Shown piece by piece: positions 9,240 to 19,235 of a DNA stretch of 64,000 nucleotides. The notes below the pieces were generated by a model. It made no database searches, was not told where the DNA came from, and was given only the letters and a program-made list of their open reading frames with translations. The stretch covers positions 2,147 through 66,146 of the forward strand of contig JBGALR010000038.1 in assembly GCA_044223735.1 (NCBI GenBank), given 5' to 3'. Within the stretch, counting starts at the first letter, position 1, and each line of letters opens with the position of its first letter. This DNA comes from Limisphaerales bacterium. GTDB lineage: Bacteria > Verrucomicrobiota > Verrucomicrobiia > Limisphaerales > UBA8199. The translations under genes were made by a program, and so were the position numbers.

Positions 9240-10100
9240 CCTCGGGGCGGTGTTTGCTCGCATTCGCACTTATCTCAAGGATGTTCTACATTGGCTGCGG
9301 CCTGGCAATTTGGACGTGCCCTAACGAGCATCCTTATTGTCAATATGCCCGCACAAATGAAAATGCTGTCGATGCAAGCGGCGGTACCTTACTCACAATG
9401 CGGCCACTCAGCGCGTCGGCACAGAATTTTCCATTTCCGCAACACGCGTCTTACACTGGGGGAACCATCAAGCCCACGATTGCGAGTCAGAGCTCGATGG
9501 ATAATACGGTTTCGAATTTCTAGTTCAGTTGGAAAGGGCGATGTCTCAAGGCTGCGTTCACAGATGCAGACATCAACCATCCGACCGCCAACAACGCGCG
9601 CCTGATGGCCTGGCAACAGGATAAGAATTTTAACGTCATTGGTGGCGCGGAGTCGGCGACCGATGGCGATCTCGATAACGCCTATGGCCTTCTGTTGTCG
9701 CATCAGCATGGGGCAGCACGGGCATGGTTAATTATTTTAGCGCGGCCACGAACATGATCAATGCCATCATGCAAAGGTACGCAAACCAGACGGAGTGAAC
9801 CCTGCGTCTTGGGGACTGGGCCGCCAGCGGCACATCGCACGGCAATAGCTACGCCGCGGCTACGCGCCCTTCGGATTTCATGGTGTCCAACCTCGCGGAG
9901 TATCGGGCGGGCACGAATCCCACCAAATGCCCTCTCCGTTTTTCAAATGCTCTCAGCAGCGACGGCTGGGAACGATCGGGGTGCTCCAATGGAAAGCGGT
10001 TGGTGGCAAGCATTATGTCGTTCCGTCCGTGCCTGCGTTGGGCGGTGCCAACCAATTTAGCGACATCAATCCCGCGATTAGCGTGACGGGGAGCGGAGAT
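9240..10100 (+). pseudogene. Degraded glycoside-hydrolase (GH8-like) gene remnant
   Basis: Across at least two frames the ~1 kb gap between two minus-strand genes translates to hydrolase-like fragments: ...SAQNFPFPQHASYTGGTIKPT..., ...WQQDKNFNVIGGAESATDGDLDNAYGLLLSHQHG... (resembles the GH8 A-[ST]-D-[AG]-D signature), and ...VNYFSAATNMINAIMQRYANQTE... Frameshifts and stops interrupt them. Confidence 0.3.
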
Positions 10101-10259
10101 TCGCAGGCTAACTATACCGATTTTGGAGGTGCGACGAACGCGCAACGGCATTATTATCGCATACAATTGGGGCTTAATCTAAAAGGGGCGGAACCTCTAA
10201 ACAGAACGGGATCCCACGACGACCTCGCCGGGGATCCCGATGTGATTAAGTGTATTGGC

Positions 10260-12227
10260 TTAGCTGCCGACGCTGGCGAGTTCTTCGTTGTTCGCCACGT
10301 TTACAATTTTGAACTGCTCGGCGTGCAACGCGGGATCCGCGCGGAACGAGAGCTTTCCGAAGTAGCGCTTTTCCATTTCGATAAGGTGTTTCTCGTCCTC
10401 CGTCCGGAGACGTTCGAGAATGGTTGGATGCACGACGATGCGGAGCTGGAAATCCGATTCGTCGCGGGCGCGCTTCTTGAGCAACTCGCTCAACTTGCGC
10501 TGAATCTCAACGCTCATGGTGAGCGCGCTCTTAACTTTGCCACGACCTTTGCAATATGGGCAATCATCATAGACTGCCGCGTTCACGCTTTCAGAATGGC
10601 GTTGCCGGGTCATTTCCATGAGCCCAAGCTGCGAGATGGGAAGCACGTGTGTCTTCGCCTTGTCGCGTCGCAGGCCTTCCTTCATGCGCTGATAAACCTG
10701 CTGCTGGTCCCGTCGATTTTTCATGTCGATGAAGTCGAGCACAATGAGGCCGCCCATGTTGCGCAAACGCAACTGGCGGGAGATTTCCTCGGCGGCTTCC
10801 AGATTGACCTTGAGAATGGAGGATTCCTGGTCCTTGCCGCCCTTGTGACGTCCGGTGTTGACGTCGATCGCCACCAGAGCCTCGGTTTCGTCCACGACGA
10901 TATAACCGCCGCTCTTCAGGTGCACCTGGCGGGAGAAGGCATTCTCCAACTGACGAGTTACGTTAAATCGGTCAAAAATCGGCTGCGGGTCGCTATAGAG
11001 TTTGACTTTGCCGGAAGAACGCTTGGAGATCTTCGCGATCATCTCGCGCATCCGGTCGTTGGCCTTGGGGCTGTCCACCACGATGCGTTCGACATCCTCG
11101 GTGAGAAAGTCGCGCACAGTGCGTTCGATCAAATCGGGTTCCTGAAAGACGCAACTCGGTGGTGGTTGGGTTTTGATACGTTCTTGAATCAGGTTCCATT
11201 CGTCAAGTAGCAGGGCAAGGTCGCGGACGAAGTAGCGTTTTTGCTGGCCTTCGCCGACGGTGCGCATGATGACACCCATGCCATCCGGAATGGCCAGTTC
11301 ACGTAGAATTTTTTTCAGGCGCTGGCGTTCTTGCTGGTTTTCAATCTTGCGGGAAATACCGCTTTGATCGGAATTGGGCAGCAGCACGAGATAGCGTCCG
11401 GGCAGCACGAGATTGGTGGTAACACGCGGACCCTTGGTCCCGATGGGGCCTTTGGTGACTTGTGTAATAATTTCGCTGCCAGGAGGGTACAGCCGCGGTA
11501 TGTCCTTCTGTGTGATCTTCGGTTTTTCCCGGCGACGCCCGCCGCGATCCACAATTTCCACACCGCTATCAATGCTGTTTGGAACGATATCCCAATAATG
11601 CAAAAAGGCGTTTTTTTCGAATCCGATGTCGACGAAGGCAGCTTTCAAACCGTCTTCGAGGTTGCGAACCTTGCCTTTAAAAATGCTGCCAACGAGGCGT
11701 TCCTCGGTGGTGCGTTCAATCGTAAATTCTTCGAGCCGGCCCTCTTCAGTGACGGCGACGCGGGTTTCCAGAGTCTCCGCGTTGATGATCACTTCTTTGT
11801 GAATACGCTTCACCGGCTTGATCAAACGCTGGACTTTTTGGACAAGATTGGTGGCGGCCACTCGAATGGCATCGACGATGCCGCGCGGCTGTTCTTTCAG
11901 TGGAACGGGGGAGAATTTTTTTTCTTCCTTTACCTCGGCCGGAGTATTGAGATCCGGCTCCCGAAAGCCGCGTTTGTCGCCCTGAGCTTGATCGTTTTCC
12001 TTGGGCAGGCCTTCAGGCGGCAGTCCGGCGGCGATGTTTTCTGCCCGTTCGATCTCATTGGTATGGCGATGGTCGTAAACCTTTTCGGGAGCTTGTGAGC
12101 CACCCACGGCTTCGGCGCGGGCCTGCAAGGCATCGCGATCCGTCTGCGGAGGTTGCCCGTGACCCAATCCGCGGCTCGGCCGGAAGCGCATGCCGCGCCG
12201 GCGCCGGGAGAAATTTCTATCGTTCAT
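10260..12227 (-). CDS. rng: Rne/Rng-family endoribonuclease (RNase G-like) with Arg/Gly-rich N-terminal extension
   Basis: S1 domain and RNase E/G catalytic core (...RLVGSIFKGKVRNLEDGLKAAFVDIGFEKNAFLHYWDI..., DNase I-like and Zn-link region CPYCKGRG). It is 655 aa, so shorter than RNase E. It lies immediately downstream of the rodA/mrdA/mre cluster. Confidence 0.85.
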   Translation of the reverse strand: MNDRNFSRRRRGMRFRPSRGLGHGQPPQTDRDALQARAEAVGGSQAPEKVYDHRHTNEIERAENIAAGLPPEGLPKENDQAQGDKRGFREPDLNTPAEVKEEKKFSPVPLKEQPRGIVDAIRVAATNLVQKVQRLIKPVKRIHKEVIINAETLETRVAVTEEGRLEEFTIERTTEERLVGSIFKGKVRNLEDGLKAAFVDIGFEKNAFLHYWDIVPNSIDSGVEIVDRGGRRREKPKITQKDIPRLYPPGSEIITQVTKGPIGTKGPRVTTNLVLPGRYLVLLPNSDQSGISRKIENQQERQRLKKILRELAIPDGMGVIMRTVGEGQQKRYFVRDLALLLDEWNLIQERIKTQPPPSCVFQEPDLIERTVRDFLTEDVERIVVDSPKANDRMREMIAKISKRSSGKVKLYSDPQPIFDRFNVTRQLENAFSRQVHLKSGGYIVVDETEALVAIDVNTGRHKGGKDQESSILKVNLEAAEEISRQLRLRNMGGLIVLDFIDMKNRRDQQQVYQRMKEGLRRDKAKTHVLPISQLGLMEMTRQRHSESVNAAVYDDCPYCKGRGKVKSALTMSVEIQRKLSELLKKRARDESDFQLRIVVHPTILERLRTEDEKHLIEMEKRYFGKLSFRADPALHAEQFKIVNVANNEELASVGS

Positions 12228-12230
12228 AGT

Positions 12231-13445
12231 TTAGTATGCCTTTCGATGAATACACACATTTTGCAGCAAGCCCATGGCGATCAACGAGACGAGCACTGAT
12301 GACCCGCCGTAACTTAACAGCGGCAGCGGCACTCCCGTCACGGGCATTATCCGAATGTTCATGCCGATATTTATGAATACATGGCTGAAGAGGAGCGTTA
12401 CGACGCCCACCGCCAGCAATTTTCCCAGACGATCGCGCGCCTGGCCGGCAATCCTGATCCCTGTGAACAGGACCACCGCGTAAAGCGTGAGTACAATCAC
12501 GCTGCCAACGAATCCTTCCTCCTCGGCAATGACGGAGAAAATGAAGTCGTTGTGCGCCACGAGCCGGGGCAGGTAGCCCAACGCATTTTGCGTTCCTTGC
12601 CGCCAGCCTTTGCCTGTCAGCCCTCCCGAGCCGACGGATATCAGCGCCTGACGCACGTTGAACGAATCGTCCAATTGTTGCCGTCGCTGACGTTCCACCT
12701 CCGCTTGTGAAGCGCCCGGGCGGGGTGGAGTTTCCCTGCCGAAGTAAACCATCAGCCTGCGCCTTTGGTAATCCTCCAGCTTAATCTGCCAATTCGGTGG
12801 AGCGAATAGTACGTCCACCAAAAATAACGCACCAAAAATTCCCACTACGGCCGCCAGCCGCAGCAGGTAGCGCCGCGGCGTACCCGCGACATACAACATG
12901 GCCAGCCCCGTAGGGACCAGCACCAGCGCTGACCCGAGGTCCGGTTCCTTCATAATCAGCAAAAATGGGAGAATCATCATCCCGAGCGCCTTGAAGAAAT
13001 TTCCGGGTGTATGCAACTCCTCCACCGGCCGGCTGAGGAAATGCGCCTGGGCGAAGATGAAGGCGAGTTTGGCAAACTCCGACGGTTGCCCCTGAAATGG
13101 TCCCAAATCGATCCAGCGTCGCGCACCCCATCCATGCGTCGTGCCGATGCCCGGAATAAGAACCAACACTAGCGTTAAAATCGAAGTCCAATAAACGAGA
13201 AACGCATAGCGTGCCAGAGAGCGATAATCAACAACACACAACATGCCGGCGACACCGATGCCCAGCGCGTACCAGACCACTTGCCGAAACCAACTCTGGC
13301 TGTACCACGGAGCCGTACGCGCGGACTCGCTAACCATCGTGGCGCTGTAAACGAACGCGACGCCCACGAGCATAAGCCCGGCCAAGGCTGCGATTTGCAG
13401 CCGGTCGATCCGGGACTGATGGTCGTTGAGATCAGCGTCAAACAT
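12231..13445 (-). CDS. rodA: SEDS-family peptidoglycan polymerase RodA
   Basis: FtsW/RodA motifs (...NDFIFSVIAEEEGFVGS..., ...MPVTGVPLPLLSYGGSS...), 10 predicted TM helices, and position directly after mrdA. Confidence 0.9.
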   Translation of the reverse strand: MFDADLNDHQSRIDRLQIAALAGLMLVGVAFVYSATMVSESARTAPWYSQSWFRQVVWYALGIGVAGMLCVVDYRSLARYAFLVYWTSILTLVLVLIPGIGTTHGWGARRWIDLGPFQGQPSEFAKLAFIFAQAHFLSRPVEELHTPGNFFKALGMMILPFLLIMKEPDLGSALVLVPTGLAMLYVAGTPRRYLLRLAAVVGIFGALFLVDVLFAPPNWQIKLEDYQRRRLMVYFGRETPPRPGASQAEVERQRRQQLDDSFNVRQALISVGSGGLTGKGWRQGTQNALGYLPRLVAHNDFIFSVIAEEEGFVGSVIVLTLYAVVLFTGIRIAGQARDRLGKLLAVGVVTLLFSHVFINIGMNIRIMPVTGVPLPLLSYGGSSVLVSLIAMGLLQNVCIHRKAY

Positions 13446-13448
13446 CGT

Positions 13449-15521
13449 TCAGTTGCTTCTCGCCATCGTTCCGACGTTGGTATGCGTGGTCCGCTCACGG
13501 TCCATTAATGCCTGGTAGATAAGCCCCGCCACGGGTGCACAGGTTGTTCCCCCTGACACACGCGGCTCCGATTTTACGTTTTCCACCATCACCACAACGG
13601 CGTAGCGCGGTTTCTCATTGGAGTCCGGCGGGCAAAATGGCGCGAAGGAGGCGAACCATACCGTATAGCCAATTGTGGTATTTCGCTCGTTTTGCACTTG
13701 AGCGGTACCGGTTTTGCCGCAAATACGAAGGCCAGTCAGCGAAACATGGTCGCGCACATGTTTACCTGTTCCATCGGCATCTTCCGTCTCGGCGAGCATC
13801 GCGTCGTGGACTATGGAAAAGGTGCGATCACTCAAGCCGAGGTTCTCCCGGATGACGCCGCTGGGTTTCACATCAGGCGGTGTGCGGGAAAACGGATCGG
13901 CGGGTTCAACGCGATCCACCAATCGAGGTTTCAGTACTTTGCCACCGTTGGCGATGGCTGCAGTCATCACTGCCATTTGCAGGGGCGTTACCCAAGTCGG
14001 GTCCTGACCAATGCTAAGATTTGCTGTTTTGCTCGTGCCCCAACCAGAATCAAGGCGGCTCACGTTCGGAAACGCCCCGGGCACCTCCTGCGCGGTTTTG
14101 GCGAAGCCGGTGCGCTCGCCAAGATGGAGAAGATTGCCCAGCCGGATGATACGCTCGGGCCCGACATTGGTGGCGCAACGAACAAAGTAAGTGTTGCTGG
14201 ATCGTTTGATGGCCAGCTTGAAATCATAGTCACCGGGTGCAACCGTGTCTTTGATCACGTGGTTGCCAATTTTGATGTAACCCTTGCCGCGTTCATTGGG
14301 GTTTTCCTGAACATTGATGATAGCTTTTGGATCCCAGCCCGCCTCCAGTGCCGCCATGGCAACAACGAGCTTGAAAATCGAACCGGGCATGTAATTTTCC
14401 TGGGTTGCGCGGTTCTTTTCGGCGCGTGATTCCACCAATCGGTCCATTTCGGCCTTGGACAGATTCGGTACAAACCAATTCGGATCATACGTGGGGGTGG
14501 AGGCCATCGCCAAAATATCTCCGGTGCGCACATCCATCACCACCGCGGCTCCCCGTGTACCCGGGCCGTTGGCATTTTGCAGTGCTCGTTCAGCGACTTG
14601 TTGCACACCCAGGTCCAGAGTTAACACCACGTTCTCGCCTGCCTTCGCTTCGCTCCAGATATTTTCGGTTTGTCGGTAACCGAGGCTGTTGACGAGCACC
14701 GATTTTGCGCCGGCCACACCGCGCAGTTGCTCGTCGTAGCCGTACTCGATGCCTACAACACCCTTGTAGTCCGGTAAACGAAAGGAAAAATAAGCGTCTT
14801 CGTTGGCGCGCGAGCTGTCATCCCGTCGCAATTGTCCCAGCAGATGCGCTGCGGTGGTGCCGTGAGGATAGGAGCGCATCGATTGGACTTCGATGTCCAC
14901 CCCGACCTGGCCGGAGGATTGTTCTTCAAACAGCGCGATCTGAGCCGGGTTCAAATTGGTGACAATGGGGAAGGGCAGGGCAAGGCTCTTCTCATAATGA
15001 CGCTCGAAGTTAGTCACGTTGAGCGAGAGAGGTTGACGCAAACGTTGACTCACCTGTTGCACCACGTTGCTGCCTACTTCATATCGTGCCTGCCGTCGCA
15101 ACTGGCTCTTGCGCTTGCTTAAAATCGCGGCTGCGGCGCGGCGTTCGGCCTTGTTGAGCTTGCGGCCCAGTTTTTTCTCCTCCTCGTCAACCTGAGCGTT
15201 GAATTGCGCAGTGACCTGTCCGACGTCCTCGCGATAAACCTTGTCGAACTCGCCGCGCAATTCATCGAGATAGAGTCCGACGTTATAGGTGGGGCGGTTC
15301 TCGGCAAGTGGCGCGCCGTTGCGGTCCAGGATTTTTCCACGCACGGCTGGAATGCGCACGGTGCGGAACGACTGCGTTTCGAGATTTGCCTGGTACTGTC
15401 TACTCGAAACAATTTGCACCCACCAGAGGCCGACGAGCAGTATGACGAAGCCAAGGATGACCACCAGCGTCAACACGCGTAATTGCGCATCGTTCTTTTT
15501 CAACTGGTCGAATACGAGCAT
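13449..15521 (-). CDS. mrdA: Penicillin-binding protein 2 (elongasome transpeptidase)
   Basis: N-terminal anchor, dimerisation domain, and transpeptidase motifs (SIFK = SxxK, SSN, KTGTA). It sits between mreD and rodA. Confidence 0.9.
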   Translation of the reverse strand: MLVFDQLKKNDAQLRVLTLVVILGFVILLVGLWWVQIVSSRQYQANLETQSFRTVRIPAVRGKILDRNGAPLAENRPTYNVGLYLDELRGEFDKVYREDVGQVTAQFNAQVDEEEKKLGRKLNKAERRAAAAILSKRKSQLRRQARYEVGSNVVQQVSQRLRQPLSLNVTNFERHYEKSLALPFPIVTNLNPAQIALFEEQSSGQVGVDIEVQSMRSYPHGTTAAHLLGQLRRDDSSRANEDAYFSFRLPDYKGVVGIEYGYDEQLRGVAGAKSVLVNSLGYRQTENIWSEAKAGENVVLTLDLGVQQVAERALQNANGPGTRGAAVVMDVRTGDILAMASTPTYDPNWFVPNLSKAEMDRLVESRAEKNRATQENYMPGSIFKLVVAMAALEAGWDPKAIINVQENPNERGKGYIKIGNHVIKDTVAPGDYDFKLAIKRSSNTYFVRCATNVGPERIIRLGNLLHLGERTGFAKTAQEVPGAFPNVSRLDSGWGTSKTANLSIGQDPTWVTPLQMAVMTAAIANGGKVLKPRLVDRVEPADPFSRTPPDVKPSGVIRENLGLSDRTFSIVHDAMLAETEDADGTGKHVRDHVSLTGLRICGKTGTAQVQNERNTTIGYTVWFASFAPFCPPDSNEKPRYAVVVMVENVKSEPRVSGGTTCAPVAGLIYQALMDRERTTHTNVGTMARSN

Positions 15522-15555
15522 GTGTTGAGGTTTTAGTTACTGTTCCTTGTTTATG

Positions 15556-16119
15556 TCATCGTCCCCGCCGGATTTCCCGGTCGGTACGGAAACTCGATTC
15601 GGTGACGCGTGAGTGCACCAAGGTGCGGTTGAGCCAGCCAAAGAATTCGAACCAGATTGGCGTCGCGACGGCGCCACCGATGCTCATTACGATCAATTGC
15701 CAGATCGTGCCCCAGCCGACCATTGGCTGGCGTCCCTTGGTGAGTATCAGGAGCAACGTGAGCAGCGGCGCCACGGCGCTGGCAATCAGACCGATGGTCA
15801 CTTGGGCAAACAGCTGGTCGCGCAGAATTAATTCGCGAGTAATGTGAATCGTCAACCCGATGGCGAACAGCGGCAGAATACTAACTCCCAATGGATTTGC
15901 CGAAAGCGAGTCGAAGCCGAGGCCGCCCAGCAACGCCAGCAACGCTACAGTGGTGAGGCCGGCGGTCAAAGCCGCATAGACCATCAGCGATGGCAGCAAA
16001 TCGATTTGGGCGCCGAGCAGGAAACGCAGCCCGTTAAAAGCGGATTCCCAGAAGACAGCGAGAATCGCGGCAGCCAGGACAAAAATTGTATTTAACCAGC
16101 TCACGGAAAAACCACCCAA
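15556..16119 (-). CDS. mreD: Rod shape-determining protein MreD
   Basis: Small polytopic membrane protein (5 hydrophobic helices) located between mreC and mrdA. Assigned by position and topology. It overlaps the mreC stop by 19 nt. Confidence 0.65.
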   Translation of the reverse strand: MGGFSVSWLNTIFVLAAAILAVFWESAFNGLRFLLGAQIDLLPSLMVYAALTAGLTTVALLALLGGLGFDSLSANPLGVSILPLFAIGLTIHITRELILRDQLFAQVTIGLIASAVAPLLTLLLILTKGRQPMVGWGTIWQLIVMSIGGAVATPIWFEFFGWLNRTLVHSRVTESSFRTDREIRRGR

Positions 16120-16904
16120 ACTTCCTCGATTGCGTTCAAGTTGACGGCCAGTTTGACTCGGGCGGCGGTGGCCAGGCCGTATTCCACCGAATGAGAGTCA
16201 ACGACCGTCCCAATCATGACATCTTTGGGAAAAACTCCGCCATTACCGAAGGATTTCACCAGTTGTCCCGGCTTGAGATTGGCACTGCCCAGGAGATAAC
16301 TCATTTCCACAAATTCGCTGTTTAACGGACCTGATCCGGTGATGATTCCCGTGTCGTGCGCATCGTTTTCCACGCGAGCGGAAACGCGGCATTCTCGATC
16401 GCCTAACAGCACGACTTGGGAGCGGGTCAGACCAACGGACGAGATTTTCCCCACCAAGCCTTCCATGGTTACCACCGGGAGGTTGTTGCTGAGCCCATTG
16501 CGGCTTCCGAGATCGATTTCGACCGTGCGCCACCAATTCGAGGGATCGCGCAAAACGACTCGGCCCAGCTTGGCTTTCCAAGGCATCTGTCGTTGCCAGC
16601 CCACGAGCTGGCGCAACCGGGCATTTTCCTCGGCAGTCTTTTCGAATTGCATGGCCTGCAACCGAAGGCGTTCGACTTCGCGTCGCAGTTCCGCGTTTTG
16701 CTTCGCCAATTCGCTGCGCGGCACGAGGCGTTCGCTGGCGGACTCAGTGACCTGTTGGGAAGATCCGGCCAGGCCGAAAAGAGGCAGGAACAAGCCGCCG
16801 ATGCCCAGCTTCAACTGGGCCGTGGTTCGGCTTGGCAGGTTCAAAATGATCAGCGCAAACAACACAACCAGCACCAACGCGATGTAATGCGGCCGTTTTA
16901 ACAT
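16101..16904 (-). CDS. mreC: Rod shape-determining protein MreC
   Basis: N-terminal TM helix, coiled-coil segment (ELAKQNAELRREVERLRLQAMQFE), and a C-terminal beta-rich domain. It lies directly downstream of mreB. Confidence 0.8.
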   Translation of the reverse strand: MLKRPHYIALVLVVLFALIILNLPSRTTAQLKLGIGGLFLPLFGLAGSSQQVTESASERLVPRSELAKQNAELRREVERLRLQAMQFEKTAEENARLRQLVGWQRQMPWKAKLGRVVLRDPSNWWRTVEIDLGSRNGLSNNLPVVTMEGLVGKISSVGLTRSQVVLLGDRECRVSARVENDAHDTGIITGSGPLNSEFVEMSYLLGSANLKPGQLVKSFGNGGVFPKDVMIGTVVDSHSVEYGLATAARVKLAVNLNAIEEVWVVFP

Positions 16905-17046
16905 CTATTCTTGCTCACAATTCGTGAGCCGGACTGGTTAGCCCGGCATTTTGCTTAATCCGCCGCCGGCGTGGTCCGTGGACCGCCCGGCAATCAGGCG
17001 TTGCGCAAACCCGGGCCTAACATTTCGGTTGGATGACAGGGAGGAA

Positions 17047-18072
17047 CTATTTCGAATTGGAAGAAACGCGCTTGAGAAATTGGAGTTCTTGCAATACCCG
17101 GCCCGTGCCTTCGGCCACGGCGCTCAGGGGATCATCGGCAACGTGAACCGGCAAACCGGTTTCCTCTGCTACCAGTCGATCAATACCGCGCAATAGCGAC
17201 CCGCCGCCAGCCATGACAATGCCACGGTCCACCAGGTCGGAGGATAATTCGGGCGGACAGCGTTCCAGGGTAATGCGAACAGATTCCAAAATACTCGACA
17301 GCGGCTCCTGCAAGGCCTCGCGGATTTCCTCCGAACGAATGGTCAGCGTTTTCGGCAGACCGGCGCTCAAGTCGCGCCCCTTGACTTCCATGGTTAATTC
17401 CTGCTCCAGCGGAAAAGCTGAGCCAATCTTCATCTTGATCTCTTCCGCCGTGCGTTCGCCTATCATCAGGTTATAGGCCCGTTTAATGTGCGCCACGATC
17501 GTTTCGTCAAATTCGTCCCCGCCCACCCTCAGGCTGCGGCTGAAGACGATGCCAGCGAGGGAGATGATTGCGATTTCGCAAGTTCCGCCGCCAATATCAA
17601 CGATCATGTTGCCCGCCGGCTCATGCACCGGCAATCCGACGCCGATGGCCGAAGCCATGGGCTGTTCAATCAAATACACTTCCCGCGCGCCGGCATGAGT
17701 GGCGGAATCCTTTACCGCCCGTTTCTCAACTTCGGTGATGCCCGAAGGCACCGCCACGACGACCCGGGGCGCAATTAATTTTCGATGGTGGACCTTCTGG
17801 ATGAAGTGGCGGAGCATCGCTTCCGTGATTTCAAAATCAGCGATGACACCATCCTTCATGGGCCGAATGGCCACGATATTTCCGGGCGTACGACCAAGCA
17901 TCCGCTTGGCTTCCTCGCCCACCGCCAGCACATTATTGGTCCCAGCCTGAATCGCGACAACGGATGGTTCCCGTAATACGATCCCTCGATCCCGCACGTA
18001 CACCACGGAATTTGCCGTCCCGAGGTCGATCCCAATGTCGTTGGAAAACAGGCTTTTAAATTGCGCAAACAT
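17047..18072 (-). CDS. mreB: Actin-like rod shape-determining protein MreB
   Basis: [26 protein letters not shown]..., full-length actin/Hsp70 fold motifs ([13 protein letters not shown]). Confidence 0.95.
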   Translation of the reverse strand: MFAQFKSLFSNDIGIDLGTANSVVYVRDRGIVLREPSVVAIQAGTNNVLAVGEEAKRMLGRTPGNIVAIRPMKDGVIADFEITEAMLRHFIQKVHHRKLIAPRVVVAVPSGITEVEKRAVKDSATHAGAREVYLIEQPMASAIGVGLPVHEPAGNMIVDIGGGTCEIAIISLAGIVFSRSLRVGGDEFDETIVAHIKRAYNLMIGERTAEEIKMKIGSAFPLEQELTMEVKGRDLSAGLPKTLTIRSEEIREALQEPLSSILESVRITLERCPPELSSDLVDRGIVMAGGGSLLRGIDRLVAEETGLPVHVADDPLSAVAEGTGRVLQELQFLKRVSSNSK

Positions 18073-18293
18073 GAATTTGCCCTAACAAGCGCATCAGTTA
18101 AGAGCAGCCGTGTTACCGGGTCAAGACTATTAAACTTTCAAGCTTTCTAACCCGCTGGTGAGCCCGAAGATACGGAAATTCGTCAATCAATGAGCCCGGC
18201 AGCTCAGCAAAACAAGTGTTTATCGCTCTACCGAGTTACTTAAGATATTTTGAGTATGGCTTTTTATACCCATCCGGCGATGATGTTTTGGAA

Positions 18294-19052
18294 ATGAGCA
18301 GTCGACAACTTCACGGGAAATCCGCTTTGATCACCGGTGCCAGCAAGGGACTGGGTAAAGCCATGGCGCTTGCGCTCTCGGAAGCCGGCGTGCGCGTGGC
18401 GCTCGTATCGCGCGGCCTCGAACAACTCAATCAAACTGCCGAAGCCGTGCGCAACCTTGGCGGTGAAGCGGCTGTTTTCCAGGCTGACCTGACGGACGAG
18501 GCCCAAGTGCGCAAACTCGAAGCCTCGGTGATCGGGGAATTTGGCCGGCCGCAAATACTCATCAATAACGCCGGCGTCAATATCCGCAAACCGGTCACAG
18601 AATTTACCCTCGCGGAATGGCGGCAGGTGATCGACGCGAATCTCACCAGCGTGTTCCTTATGTGCCGCGCTTTTGTGCCTCATTTGAAAGGGCAGGGCTA
18701 CGGCCGTGTCATTAATCTCGGATCTACCATGGCGCACGTTTCCATTGCCGGACGCACCGCCTATTCCTCTTCGAAGGCGGGTGTGCTTGGATTTACCAAG
18801 GCGCTCGCGCTCGAACTGGCTCCGGAAAAAATAACCGTCAACGCGATCAGCCCGGGCCCGATTGTGACCGAACTCAATGCTCCATTGCTGAATGATCCCA
18901 AGTTGAGTCAGGACTTCACTTCGCGCATTCCGCTGAGCCGTTGGGGCAAGGTGGAGGAAGTCGGCAAGCTGGCTGTGTATCTTTGTTCTGAGGATGCGGG
19001 ATTCATCACGGGCACCGACGTGCTCATCGACGGGGGTTGGACCGCGCAGTAA
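18294..19052 (+). CDS. SDR-family oxidoreductase (FabG-like)
   Basis: TGASKGLGKA Rossmann motif, NNAG, and catalytic S...Y(SSSK) tetrad. The ATG at 18294 gives a canonical SDR N-terminus. The track ORF begins at 18216. Confidence 0.85.
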   Translation: MSSRQLHGKSALITGASKGLGKAMALALSEAGVRVALVSRGLEQLNQTAEAVRNLGGEAAVFQADLTDEAQVRKLEASVIGEFGRPQILINNAGVNIRKPVTEFTLAEWRQVIDANLTSVFLMCRAFVPHLKGQGYGRVINLGSTMAHVSIAGRTAYSSSKAGVLGFTKALALELAPEKITVNAISPGPIVTELNAPLLNDPKLSQDFTSRIPLSRWGKVEEVGKLAVYLCSEDAGFITGTDVLIDGGWTAQ

Positions 19053-19235
19053 TCAGCCCGAAAGGCTGTTACACTTGTTGGTCTGCGATTTGCTGAGGAG
19101 CCAATTGTCGAAATGACGATGGGCAAAAATAGCTTGGTGCATTTGGTTCCTCGCGGAACCCGGGCTTGGACTGTCTAAAATTGTGTGCGCGGGCGTGTCT
19201 GGTTTGTGGACACCTCTGTTGCCACCTCGTCAGGT

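Noticed and set aside
9927-11210. 427 aa plus-strand ORF and 255 aa ORF (11331-12098) overlapping rng
   Set aside because: They are antisense to a strongly supported RNase E/G-family gene. They are typical long spurious ORFs of high-GC DNA with no motifs.
13692-14429. 245 aa plus-strand ORF inside mrdA; also 16339-16901 ORFs inside mreC; 17213-17976 ORFs inside mreB
   Set aside because: They are antisense to conserved cell-shape genes.
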